DNA from: Alphaproteobacteria bacterium
GTDB taxonomy: Bacteria; Pseudomonadota; Alphaproteobacteria; UBA828
Assembly (NCBI GenBank): GCA_963667785.2
Contig: CAXXMU010000006.1
Coordinates: forward strand, 192,001-256,000
Reading direction: 5' to 3'
DNA length: 64,000 nt
Below the pieces are notes generated by a model that was given only the letters and a program-made list of their open reading frames with translations, did no database searches and was not told the DNA's origin. Of the stretch, positions 17,603-25,669 are shown piece after piece (position 1 is the stretch's first letter; each line of letters opens with the position of its first letter). Both the position numbers and the translations under genes were made by a program.

Positions 17603-17760
17603 CACAGGGCTCCCAGGTAGATCATCTCGGCGGCCACGAAGAGTGCCACACCCCAGAAGCGGACCTCGCCGGGCGTGAGCCATCGCTTGCGTGTGTTCCA
17701 GATTCCCAGAAGAAACTGAAACGGCGCGCAGACGGCAAAAACGATGATGTGCTCCAGCAC
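17602..17760 (-). CDS. Small membrane protein, 52 aa, about 2 TM segments
   Basis: GTG start; VLEHIIVFAVCAPFQFLLGIW...FWGVALFVAAEMIYLGAL; stop overlaps the ATPase start. Confidence 0.55.
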   Translation of the reverse strand: MLEHIIVFAVCAPFQFLLGIWNTRKRWLTPGEVRFWGVALFVAAEMIYLGAL

Positions 17761-17768
17761 GGCCGGGC

Positions 17769-17966
17769 CTACGGAGTGTTCTTGTTCGCCCGGAGGACAA
17801 ACAGGAACGGCACGCTCGCGATCAGCGGGAAGGCGAACAGGCCGATCGGCACGACGATGAAAGGCGAAATGTCGGCCTCGATCATCGCGCCGCAGCCGAC
17901 GACGACCATGAAAGAATAGAGAACTGCCCAAAGTGAGGCGCGAAGGTTGGGGCGATCGAGAGGCAT
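17769..17966 (-). CDS. Small membrane protein, 65 aa, about 2 TM segments
   Basis: GAGGTG RBS, ATG 17966; LWAVLYSFMVVVGCG and FIVVPIGLFAFPLIASVPFLFVL hydrophobic segments. Confidence 0.6.
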   Translation of the reverse strand: MPLDRPNLRASLWAVLYSFMVVVGCGAMIEADISPFIVVPIGLFAFPLIASVPFLFVLRANKNTP

Positions 17967-18277
17967 GTTGCGAGCACCTCGCCCGGTGCGGCTCGGCGTG
18001 CCGGCGGGCGCTTGTTCGGCCGCGCCGACCATAGCATCGGACCCTTGTACGGTATACCGCCACGGCTCGGACGCCCCACGGAACACCTCGCCGCCGCATC
18101 GTGCGTTGCTACGCTGCCCCCCACCGGCCTCCCTGTGCCCGACGGACAGAGACCTGAGCTCATTTCCGCCAGGGCGCGCCAGTTGTCCGTGGAGTCCGGC
18201 AAGAGGATGAACACGGTCGAGGCCGTGCATCAGGCGCCCGCCGGCGGCGCGCGCGACGCGCAGGACACGGAGTCCAG

Positions 18278-18395
18278 GCGGGATTCGGCGGGACGGGCGG
18301 GATTATCCCAGGTCTCCATCCCAAGACCCCCCGAGGCGGGATTCGCCGGGATAGCAAGGGATTCCGTTGGGATATCGGGGCGGGTTTCCGGGATG
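18278..18395. repeat. Helically phased GGGAT direct-repeat array (putative protein-binding site)
   Basis: GGGAT at 18280, 18299, 18338, 18348, 18358, 18369, 18390; GGGAC at 18290; inverted ATCCC at 18305 and 18318. Confidence 0.65.
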
Positions 18396-18533
18396 AAGCC
18401 TGCGATCGCGAGATGGCGTCGGGCGACGTGCCCCCTCGCCCCGTCTGACCCGATCCGTTCGTTCACGCGCTGCATGGCGCGATCGTCGCACCCGCGCCCA
18501 GCGCCGTGCACCGCGCAATGGTCCGGGGTGTCG

Positions 18534-18625
18534 CTCGCGCCCGAAGGGTCGCGAGCGCGGAAGAAGAGTCCGCGCCCGAGGGATCGCGAGCGCGAGAGAA
18601 GAGTCCCTCGCGCCCGCAGGAGCCG
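18534..18625. repeat. About 36-bp imperfect tandem repeat (2.5 units) with internal hairpin
   Basis: CGCGCCCGA(A)GGG(A)TCGCGAGCGCG..AGAAGAGTCC twice plus a partial third unit, just past the livM stop. Confidence 0.6.
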
Positions 18626-18638
18626 CGGAAGCGGGACG

Positions 18639-19694
18639 CTAGATTCGGAGGCGCTCTCTCGTGATGGCGATGAGACGCGCCATGCCGTGCGGCTCGAGGA
18701 TCAGGATCACGATGATGAGGCCGCCGAAGATGATCACCTCGATGTGCTTGGCGAGGTCGACGGCCAGGTCGATGCCGAGGATCGGGTTCAGGTTGGTGAG
18801 GAAGATCGGCAGGATGGTGATGAAGGCGGCGCCGATGATGGAGCCGGAGATCGAGCCGAGGCCGCCCACGATGATCATGAAGAGCACGAGGAAGGAGACG
18901 TTGACGTCGAAGGCGATGGTCTCGGCGCTGCCTAGGTAGAGGAAGACGAAGAGCGCGCCGGCGACGCCGCAGAGGTAGGAGCTCACGCCGAAGGCGAGCA
19001 GCTTGGTGCGGAGCAGCGGGATGCCGACGATCTCGGCGGCCACGTCCATGTCGCGTACAGCCATCCAGGCGCGGCCGAAGCGGCTCCGCATCAGATTCCA
19101 GGAGAAGAAGACGAAGACCGCCAGCAAGACGAGCGCCACCAGATAGCGCACCTCGGCAGCGGCCTCGGGGCCTGTGATCATGACGCCGGCGAAAGTGCGG
19201 GGCGGCGCCGTGATCGTGCCCGACGGGTTGTCGTTGTAGAACCACGGCACCCGGTTGAAGAGCCAGATCAGGAAGAACTGCGCGGCCAGCGTCGCCACCG
19301 CCAGGTAGAAGCCCTTGATGCGCAGGCTCGGCAGACCGAAGAGGATGCCGACGCCGGCGGCGAAGAAGCCCGAGATGAAGAAGACGGCGATGATGTCGAG
19401 CCCGGGCCACGCGGTCGTCATCTTGAAGGCGGCATAGGCGCCGACGGCCATGAACCCGCCGGTGCCGAGGGAGAGCTGGCCGGCGAAGCCGGTGAGCAGA
19501 TTGAGCCCCAGCGCCGCGAGCGCGAAGATCAGGAACGGGATCAGGATCGCCTGGAGCCAGTACTCGTTCGCCAGCGTCGGCACGGCGAAGAGCGCGAGCA
19601 GCGAGATCACGGTCACGAAGACCGTGTTGATCGTGCGCGAGCGGGTCGCGAAGAAGGTGGCGTAGAGGTCTGTCAAATGAGTGAGCACGGTCAC
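18639..19694 (-). CDS. livM: Branched-chain amino acid-type ABC permease (LivM-like)
   Basis: LGLNLLTGFAGQLSLG, GFYLAVATLA, FGRAWMAVRD; GTG 19694 overlaps livH stop. Confidence 0.88.
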   Translation of the reverse strand: MTVLTHLTDLYATFFATRSRTINTVFVTVISLLALFAVPTLANEYWLQAILIPFLIFALAALGLNLLTGFAGQLSLGTGGFMAVGAYAAFKMTTAWPGLDIIAVFFISGFFAAGVGILFGLPSLRIKGFYLAVATLAAQFFLIWLFNRVPWFYNDNPSGTITAPPRTFAGVMITGPEAAAEVRYLVALVLLAVFVFFSWNLMRSRFGRAWMAVRDMDVAAEIVGIPLLRTKLLAFGVSSYLCGVAGALFVFLYLGSAETIAFDVNVSFLVLFMIIVGGLGSISGSIIGAAFITILPIFLTNLNPILGIDLAVDLAKHIEVIIFGGLIIVILILEPHGMARLIAITRERLRI

Positions 19695-20629
19695 ACCCGC
19701 TCGATGATCTTCTCGCCGAACAGGCCCTGGGGCCGGAACATGAGGACCAGCATCGCCAGCATGTAGGCGAACCAGTTCTCGATCGCGCCGCCGATCACCG
19801 GGCCCCAGTAGACCTCGGCGATCTTCTCGCCGAGCCCGATGATGAGTCCGCCGACGATGGCGCCGGGAACAGAGGTGAGCCCGCCCAGGATGAGCACGGG
19901 CAGCGCCTTCAGCGCGATCAGCGAGAGGCTGAACTGCACGCCGCTCTTCGCCCCCCACATGATGCCGGCGACGATGGCGACGATGCCGGCCACCGACCAG
20001 ACGATGATCCAGATGGTCCTGAGCGAGATCCCGAGGGAGAGCGCGGCCTGCGGATCGTCGGCCACGGCCCGGAGCGCGCGCCCCATGGGCGTGTGCTGGA
20101 AGAGCAGCGCCAGCGCCGCCACCAGCACCGCCGCCACCAGCGCGGCGATGAGGTCGAATTCGTTGAGCAGCATGCCGCCGACGTCGACCGGCGAATTCGG
20201 GATGCCGAGGTCGAGCGCCTTCACGTTCGAGCCCCAGGCCCACTCGCCGGCGCCTTCGAGCAGGAAGCTCAGACCGATGGTCGCCATGAAGAGCGTGATC
20301 GGCGGCTGGTTGATCAGCGGGCGCAGCATCCCGCGCTCGATCGCGAAGGCGAGCCCGACCATGACGATCGCCGTGACCGGCAACGCGCCCCAGATCGGCA
20401 GGCCATGCTCTATCAGTCCCACCAGGGTCAGCGCCGCGAACAGCACCATCGCGCCCTGCGCGAAGTTGAACACCTGCGAGGCCTTGAAGATGAGCACGAA
20501 GCCGAGCGCCACCAGCGAGTACATCACGCCGGTGAGCAGGCCGGAGACCGCGACCTCGGCCAGGAAGATCGGGAAGTCGATCATGTCGAGGAAGGGTGCG
20601 ACGAAGAAGTCCCAGAGAAACTCCATCAC
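19691..20629 (-). CDS. livH: Branched-chain amino acid-type ABC permease (LivH-like)
   Basis: YSLVALGFVLIFKAS..FNFAQG, GRALRAVAD, RPQGLFG. Confidence 0.9.
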   Translation of the reverse strand: MMEFLWDFFVAPFLDMIDFPIFLAEVAVSGLLTGVMYSLVALGFVLIFKASQVFNFAQGAMVLFAALTLVGLIEHGLPIWGALPVTAIVMVGLAFAIERGMLRPLINQPPITLFMATIGLSFLLEGAGEWAWGSNVKALDLGIPNSPVDVGGMLLNEFDLIAALVAAVLVAALALLFQHTPMGRALRAVADDPQAALSLGISLRTIWIIVWSVAGIVAIVAGIMWGAKSGVQFSLSLIALKALPVLILGGLTSVPGAIVGGLIIGLGEKIAEVYWGPVIGGAIENWFAYMLAMLVLMFRPQGLFGEKIIERV

Positions 20630-21453
20630 TCGTCGTCCTCGGTCGCGACGCCCAGGTAGGCGTCGATCACGGCCTGGTCGTTGCGCACCTCCTCCGGCGT
20701 GCCGTCGGCGATCTTGCGGCCGTAGTCGAGCACGACGATGTGGTCGGAGAGCTCCATGACGACGCTCATGTCGTGCTCGATCAGGGCCATCGTCGTGCCG
20801 AAGCGCGCCTTGGTCTCGAGGATGAAGCGGCTCATCTCGGCCTTCTCGCCCCGGTTCATCCCGGCCATGGGCTCGTCGAGCAGGAGCAGGTCGGGCTCGG
20901 CCGCGAGCGCGCGGGCGAGCTCCACCCGCTTCTGCAGGCCGTAGGGCAGGCGCCCCACCGGCACGTTGCGGATGTCCTCGATCTCGAGGAACCCGATGAC
21001 CTCGTCGGCGGCGGCGCGGTGGCGCGCTTCCTCCGTCCGCGACGGCCCCGCCGGCAGCAGGCAGGCCACGAAATTGCTGTGCATCTTGAGGTTGCGGCCG
21101 GCCATGACGTTGTCGAGCGTGCTCATGCCCTTGAACAGCGCGACGTTCTGAAAGGTCCGCGCCATGCCCTCCATGGCGGCAACGCGCGGGCGCATCTTGC
21201 GGCGCGTGCGCCCCTTGAAGGTGATCGTGCCCTCGGTCGGCTGGTAGGCGCCGTTCAGCACGTTGAGCATGGAAGTCTTGCCGGCGCCGTTGGGCCCGAT
21301 GATCGCGCAGATCTCGCCGGCGTAGATGGTGAACTCGACCCCGGCGAGCGCCTGGACGCCGCCGAAGCGCAGCGTGATGCCGTCCACGCTGAGCAGCGGC
21401 TCGCCCGGCGCGGGGAGGCCGGTCGTCGCGTCAGCCTGCACGGCCGCCTTCAT
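20626..21453 (-). CDS. livG: ABC ATPase (LivG-like)
   Basis: GPNGAGKT, ARTFQN, LPYGLQKRVE, DEPMAG, IEHDM, AYLG. Confidence 0.92.
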   Translation of the reverse strand: MKAAVQADATTGLPAPGEPLLSVDGITLRFGGVQALAGVEFTIYAGEICAIIGPNGAGKTSMLNVLNGAYQPTEGTITFKGRTRRKMRPRVAAMEGMARTFQNVALFKGMSTLDNVMAGRNLKMHSNFVACLLPAGPSRTEEARHRAAADEVIGFLEIEDIRNVPVGRLPYGLQKRVELARALAAEPDLLLLDEPMAGMNRGEKAEMSRFILETKARFGTTMALIEHDMSVVMELSDHIVVLDYGRKIADGTPEEVRNDQAVIDAYLGVATEDDE

Positions 21454-22267
21454 CCGCAGGCTGGGCGGTGGCGTGCGAGAGACCCAGATAGTGCTCTCTC
21501 ACGGCCGGGTTGCCGTGGAGCTCCGCCGCCGAGCCCTCCAGGGCGATCTGGCCGCTTTCCAGGATGTAGCCGTAGCCGGCCACGCCGAGGGCCATGTTGG
21601 CGTTCTGCTCGGCAAGCAGGAAGGTGACCCCCTCCTCCTCGTTGAGCTGGCGGACCTCCGAGAAGATCCGGGCGACCACCTGCGGCGCCAGGCCCATGGA
21701 GGGCTCGTCCAGCAAGACCATGGCGGGCCGCGACATCAGCGCCCGGCCGATGGCGAGCATCTGCTGCTCCCCGCCCGAGATGAAGCCCGCGAGGATGCGC
21801 CGCCGCTCGCCAAGCGCAGGGAAGTGTCCGTAGACCCGCTCCAGGTCGGACCGCACCGCCGCCTTGCCGTCCTTCCTGGTATAGGAGCCGGTCAGCAGGT
21901 TCTCGTGCACCGTGAGGTGGGGGAAGCAGCGGCGCCCCTCCATCACCTGGATGATGCCGCGGCGCACGAGGTCGCCCGGCGCGAGCTTGTCGATGCGCTC
22001 GCCCCGGAAGTGGATCTCGCCCCCGGTGATGTCGCCCCGCTCCACCCGCAGCAGGTTGGAGATCGCCTTGAGCGTGGTGGTCTTGCCGGCGCCGTTCGGC
22101 CCCAGCAGGGCGACGATCGCTCCTTCGGGAACCGTAATGGAGACGCCGCGCAGGACCGAGATCACATGGTCGTAGACGACCTCGACCGAGTCGAGCCGCA
22201 AGAGAGCCTCAGGGGCGGCGACCGCGTCGCCGCCGCCCCCGGCCGGACTCTCCAATGGAACCGTCAC
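21431..22267 (-). CDS. livF: ABC ATPase (LivF-like)
   Basis: GPNGAGKTT, EGRRCF, SGGEQQMLA, DEPSMGLAP, AEQNA; GTG 22267 overlaps SBP stop. Confidence 0.92.
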   Translation of the reverse strand: MTVPLESPAGGGGDAVAAPEALLRLDSVEVVYDHVISVLRGVSITVPEGAIVALLGPNGAGKTTTLKAISNLLRVERGDITGGEIHFRGERIDKLAPGDLVRRGIIQVMEGRRCFPHLTVHENLLTGSYTRKDGKAAVRSDLERVYGHFPALGERRRILAGFISGGEQQMLAIGRALMSRPAMVLLDEPSMGLAPQVVARIFSEVRQLNEEEGVTFLLAEQNANMALGVAGYGYILESGQIALEGSAAELHGNPAVREHYLGLSHATAQPADEGGRAG

Positions 22268-23628
22268 ATCTCCTGCGAGCAGTCGCGCGGGGTGATGTTG
22301 TTCTCCTCCGCGTACTGGGCCGCAGCAGCCTCGATCATCGGACGCACGACATCCTGCATCGGCTCGATCCAGTCGCTGACGATGTTCCAGGCCGAACCGT
22401 CCCACTGCTGGATGATCACCGGGCCGTTGCCCTCGTGGTCCTCGCAGGTGATCTTCACCGGCGGGGTGAAGCCGGCGAGGCCGAGCTCGGCCAGCCGCGC
22501 GTCGGTCAGGTCGAGGTTCTCCAGGCCCCAGCGCACCTCGGCGCCGGTCAGCGCCCGGTTGCCGTACTTGGCCTGGGCGGTGCGGATCGCCTCGGTGGTG
22601 TAGACGGAGCTGAGGAGCCCGCGATTGTAGAGCACCTCGCCGAAGTTCTTCTCCGCCGCCGCCGCCGAGTCGCCGCCGTAGAGGCTTGCCAGGATCTCGT
22701 CGTGAAGCGCGAAGCCCGCGCCCGGCGAGTGGAAGGAGCCGCCGCGATAGCCGATGGCATCGTCGCCAGCAGGCACCACGTCGGACTCGCTCGACGACCA
22801 CCAGACGCCGATCAGCTTCTCCATGTCATAGGCGATGGCCGCGGCCTCCTTGAGCGCCACCTGGTTCATCACGCCCCAGCCCCAGAGGAAGGTCCAGTCG
22901 GGCCTGATCTTGCGGATCTGCAGCCAGGTCGCCCGCTGCTCCTGCCCCGGATGGTCGACCGGAAGCAGCTCGAGCGTGTAGCCGAGCTTCTCCGCCAGCA
23001 CCTGGAGGGTCGGGATCGGCTCCTTGCCGTAGGGGCTGTTGTGGTAGATCAGCGCGATCGTCTTGCCCGCGAGCTGATCCATGCCGCCTTCCTGCGCGCC
23101 CACGAACTTGATGAAGGCCGAGGCCTGGCTCCAGTAGGTGGTGGGGAAGGTGAAGGTCCACGGGAAGATGCGCCCGTCGGACGCCGCCGTCTGCCCGTAA
23201 CCCATCGAATGCACCGGAATCTCGTCGACCGGCGCTCTCGGGTTGAGCTGATAGGTCACGCCGGTGGACAGCGGCATCACGATCGACGCCCCCGTCGTCC
23301 CCTGGTTCTTGAGGCGCTCGTAGCACTCGACGCCGAGCTTGGTGTCGTAGCGGTACTCGCACTCCTCGAAGGCGAGCTTGACGCCGTTGATTCCGCCGTC
23401 CCGTTCGTTGATCAGCGTGTAGTAGTCGAGCGCGCCGTTCGCCGCCGGAATGCCGTTGGGCGCGTATGGACCCGTCCGGTAAACGAGCAGGGGAATGAAC
23501 TGCTCGTCGGCCGCCTGGACCTCACCGCTGGTGAGGGTCGTCGTGGCTGCCGCCGCGAGACCGCCGGCGACAACCGCCGCGGCCAGAGCGCCGCTCACGC
23601 CGCGGCGAAATACGTTCTTGAGTTCCAT
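22264..23628 (-). CDS. Liv-type ABC substrate-binding protein (organic acid/aromatic ligand subgroup)
   Basis: Signal peptide; YRTGPYA.NG, INERDGGINGV, GVECYERLK, YGKEPI, WGWGVMN, CEDHEG. Confidence 0.88.
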   Translation of the reverse strand: MELKNVFRRGVSGALAAAVVAGGLAAAATTTLTSGEVQAADEQFIPLLVYRTGPYAPNGIPAANGALDYYTLINERDGGINGVKLAFEECEYRYDTKLGVECYERLKNQGTTGASIVMPLSTGVTYQLNPRAPVDEIPVHSMGYGQTAASDGRIFPWTFTFPTTYWSQASAFIKFVGAQEGGMDQLAGKTIALIYHNSPYGKEPIPTLQVLAEKLGYTLELLPVDHPGQEQRATWLQIRKIRPDWTFLWGWGVMNQVALKEAAAIAYDMEKLIGVWWSSSESDVVPAGDDAIGYRGGSFHSPGAGFALHDEILASLYGGDSAAAAEKNFGEVLYNRGLLSSVYTTEAIRTAQAKYGNRALTGAEVRWGLENLDLTDARLAELGLAGFTPPVKITCEDHEGNGPVIIQQWDGSAWNIVSDWIEPMQDVVRPMIEAAAAQYAEENNITPRDCSQEM

Positions 23629-23821
23629 TTCCTTGCCTCCCGCGTCAGGACCGAGCGTCCCCCGCGGGCACGCCCATCGTTCCCGGCAGCAAACCTAGCA
23701 CGGAGAAACGGCCTCGACCATGCCGTGAAACTACGTATTCGGCAGACGGGCACGGCGGCGCAAACCACGGCCCTGTCGCGATTTCGCGAGATCGCCGGCA
23801 AAAGGGACGACGGCCGAACGC

Positions 23822-23853
23822 AAAGGGGCGCGAGCCCTGCGGCCCGCGCCTCC
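23822..23853 (-). terminator. Probable intrinsic terminator downstream of ibpA
   Basis: Minus strand GGAGGCGCGGGCC-GCA-GGGCTCGCGCCCC-TTT. Confidence 0.45.
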
Positions 23854-23906
23854 GCTCCTGTGCCGCAGCCGCGGGGCGATCCCGCGGGAGCGGCCGATCA
23901 GGCCTC

Positions 23907-24359
23907 TCAGGCGGCCTTGCTGTCGAGCCGCTTGCGGCCGCCGGTCGCGATGGCGATCTTGCGCGGCTTCAGCGCCTCGGGCAGCTCGCGCACCAGGTCG
24001 ATGTGCAGCAGCCCCTTGTCGAGCGCAGCGCCCGTCACCTGGATATGGTCGGCCAGGTTGTAGCGCCGCTCGAAGGCGCGGGTGGCGATCCCCCGGTGGA
24101 GGTAGCTCTCATTCGCCCCGTTCTCCCTGGCGAGCTTGCCCGTGACGGTGAGCAGGTTCTCCTTGACCTCGACCGCGATCTCGTCCTCGCCGAAGCCGGC
24201 GACGGCGAGCGTCACGCGATAGGCGTTCTCACCGGTCTTCTGGATGTTGTAGGGCGGATAGGAGGGTGCCGTCTCGCTCGGCATCTGCTCGAGCAGCCGC
24301 GCCATCCGGTCGAAACCGACGGTGGTGCTGAAGAGCGGGGAAAGATCGAATGCACGCAT
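23907..24359 (-). CDS. ibpA: Small heat-shock protein (Hsp20, IbpA-like)
   Basis: FDLSPL...VGFD, YPPYNI, LAVAGF, YLHRGIA.RAFER, GLLHIDL..PEA.KPRKI. Confidence 0.95.
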   Translation of the reverse strand: MRAFDLSPLFSTTVGFDRMARLLEQMPSETAPSYPPYNIQKTGENAYRVTLAVAGFGEDEIAVEVKENLLTVTGKLARENGANESYLHRGIATRAFERRYNLADHIQVTGAALDKGLLHIDLVRELPEALKPRKIAIATGGRKRLDSKAA

Positions 24360-24463
24360 GGTGTGACTCCTTTCTCAAGCAAGTCTTCGGTGGTCCGCCG
24401 TCATGGCCGGACCGGTTCCATGCCCTGTCGGGGGCCCGTCCTGCGGCACCCCCTCGGGCACCC
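24360..24463 (-). ncRNA. ROSE-type RNA thermometer in the ibpA 5' UTR
   Basis: 3' hairpin ACUUGCU-UGAGAA-AGGAGU (24384-24366) pairs the U(U/C)GCU motif with the Shine-Dalgarno leaving a bulged G; GC-rich upstream hairpins. Confidence 0.8.
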
Positions 24464-24466
24464 ATG

Positions 24467-24495
24467 ACATGGTGAGTCAGGAAGGCGATTTCAAG
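24467..24495 (-). promoter_or_regulatory. RpoH (sigma32)-type promoter of ibpA
   Basis: CTTGAA-N17-CCATGT immediately upstream of the ROSE leader. Confidence 0.6.
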
Positions 24496-24555
24496 GGTTG
24501 GCGCGGAGGGTAGCGGCGCTGGACCTGGGGGCGCCGGCAGGCAAGGCTGTGCGCC

Positions 24556-25494
24556 ATGGCGCATCATCCGGCCCCGCCCGGCGGCTCGACGCACGGCGTC
24601 CACGCCGCGGTCTTCGTCGCCATGTTCCTCATCTCGTTCGCCTATCCCGTGGGCGAGGCGATCGCCAACGAGCTGGACACCGGCGTGCTGCTCTTCCTCC
24701 GCTTCGCGCTCGCCGCTGCGCTCTTCGCGCCGCTGGTCGTCTGGCGCCACGGCCTCGCCTGGCCCGGCTGGCGGGCGCTCGGCGGCTATGCGGCGATCAG
24801 CCTCTCCCTCGTCGCCTTCTTCTGGTGCCTGTTCTACGGCCTGCGCACCACCAGCGCGCTCAACACCGGCGCCCTCTCGACGCTGATTCCCGGCCTCACG
24901 GCGATCGGCGGCGCCATCCTCGTGGGCGAGCGGCTGGGCTGGCACCGGCTCGCCGCGCTCGGCATGGGGCTGGTCGGCGCGCTCTGGGTGGTCTTCCGCG
25001 GCGACTGGGGGCGCTTCACCTCCCTCGACCTCAACGAGGGAGACCTGATCGTCTTCGCCGGCTGCGTCGCGATGGGCTTCTACAGCCCGCTGGTCAAGCG
25101 CTTCCACCGGGGCGAGCCGGTGATGGTGATGACCCTCTGGGTGGTGGCCATCAATGCGGTGTGGTGCCTGGTCATCGCCAACGCCGCGCTCGTGACCATG
25201 GACTGGGGCGCGGTGCCGCTCTTCGCCTATGGCGGCGTCGCCTACGTCGCGATCGGCTCCACTGTCGTGGCCTTCTTCCTGATGCAGTGGGGCACGATCC
25301 GGCTCGGCCCGACCCGCGTCCAGGCCTACAGCTACCTCCTGCCCGCTTTCGTGCTGGCGATCGACTGGGCGCTGGGCAAGGGCCTGCCGACGGCGATCAC
25401 CACGCCCGGCATCGTCATCGTCATCGCCGCGAGCCTGGTGATCCAGCGCGGCGAGGTCTTCGCCGGCCGCTCGGCGGGCGCCGCGCGCTCCTAG
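24556..25494 (+). CDS. DMT/EamA-family permease
   Basis: About 10 TM segments, RFALAA, YGLRTTSA, GERLG, GDL. Confidence 0.9.
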   Translation: MAHHPAPPGGSTHGVHAAVFVAMFLISFAYPVGEAIANELDTGVLLFLRFALAAALFAPLVVWRHGLAWPGWRALGGYAAISLSLVAFFWCLFYGLRTTSALNTGALSTLIPGLTAIGGAILVGERLGWHRLAALGMGLVGALWVVFRGDWGRFTSLDLNEGDLIVFAGCVAMGFYSPLVKRFHRGEPVMVMTLWVVAINAVWCLVIANAALVTMDWGAVPLFAYGGVAYVAIGSTVVAFFLMQWGTIRLGPTRVQAYSYLLPAFVLAIDWALGKGLPTAITTPGIVIVIAASLVIQRGEVFAGRSAGAARS

Positions 25495-25669
25495 AGCGTA
25501 TCCGTCATTGACAGATACGCGACAGGCCGCGACTGCGGCCCGCCGCGCATGCGGCGCCCTCGCGGAGGCGCCAGCCGTCGCGCCGGCAGGCGCGCGGAAT
25601 CGCGGGACGGCTGGCTGCCGTGAGCGAAAAACAGATAGAGCGTTTCCGTGTCAAACGGAAACGCTCTAT
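25491..25669 (-). mobile_element. About 179-bp MITE-like palindromic element, copy 1
   Basis: TAGAGCG...CGCTCTA termini with terminal hairpins; reverse complement closely matches 43983-44162; overlaps the stop codons of both flanking convergent genes. Confidence 0.85.

Noticed and set aside
17602-17966. Stop-codon readthrough (pyrrolysine-type) joining the two small membrane ORFs
   Set aside because: The ORFs are in different frames, so TAG readthrough would not fuse them
18278-18625. CRISPR array
   Set aside because: Repeats are 5-mers or abutting tandem units without unique spacers; no cas genes in the window
24399-24411. Third CGTC REP copy (CGTCATGGCCGG)
   Set aside because: Only 12 bp match, no partner arm; it lies within the ROSE leader
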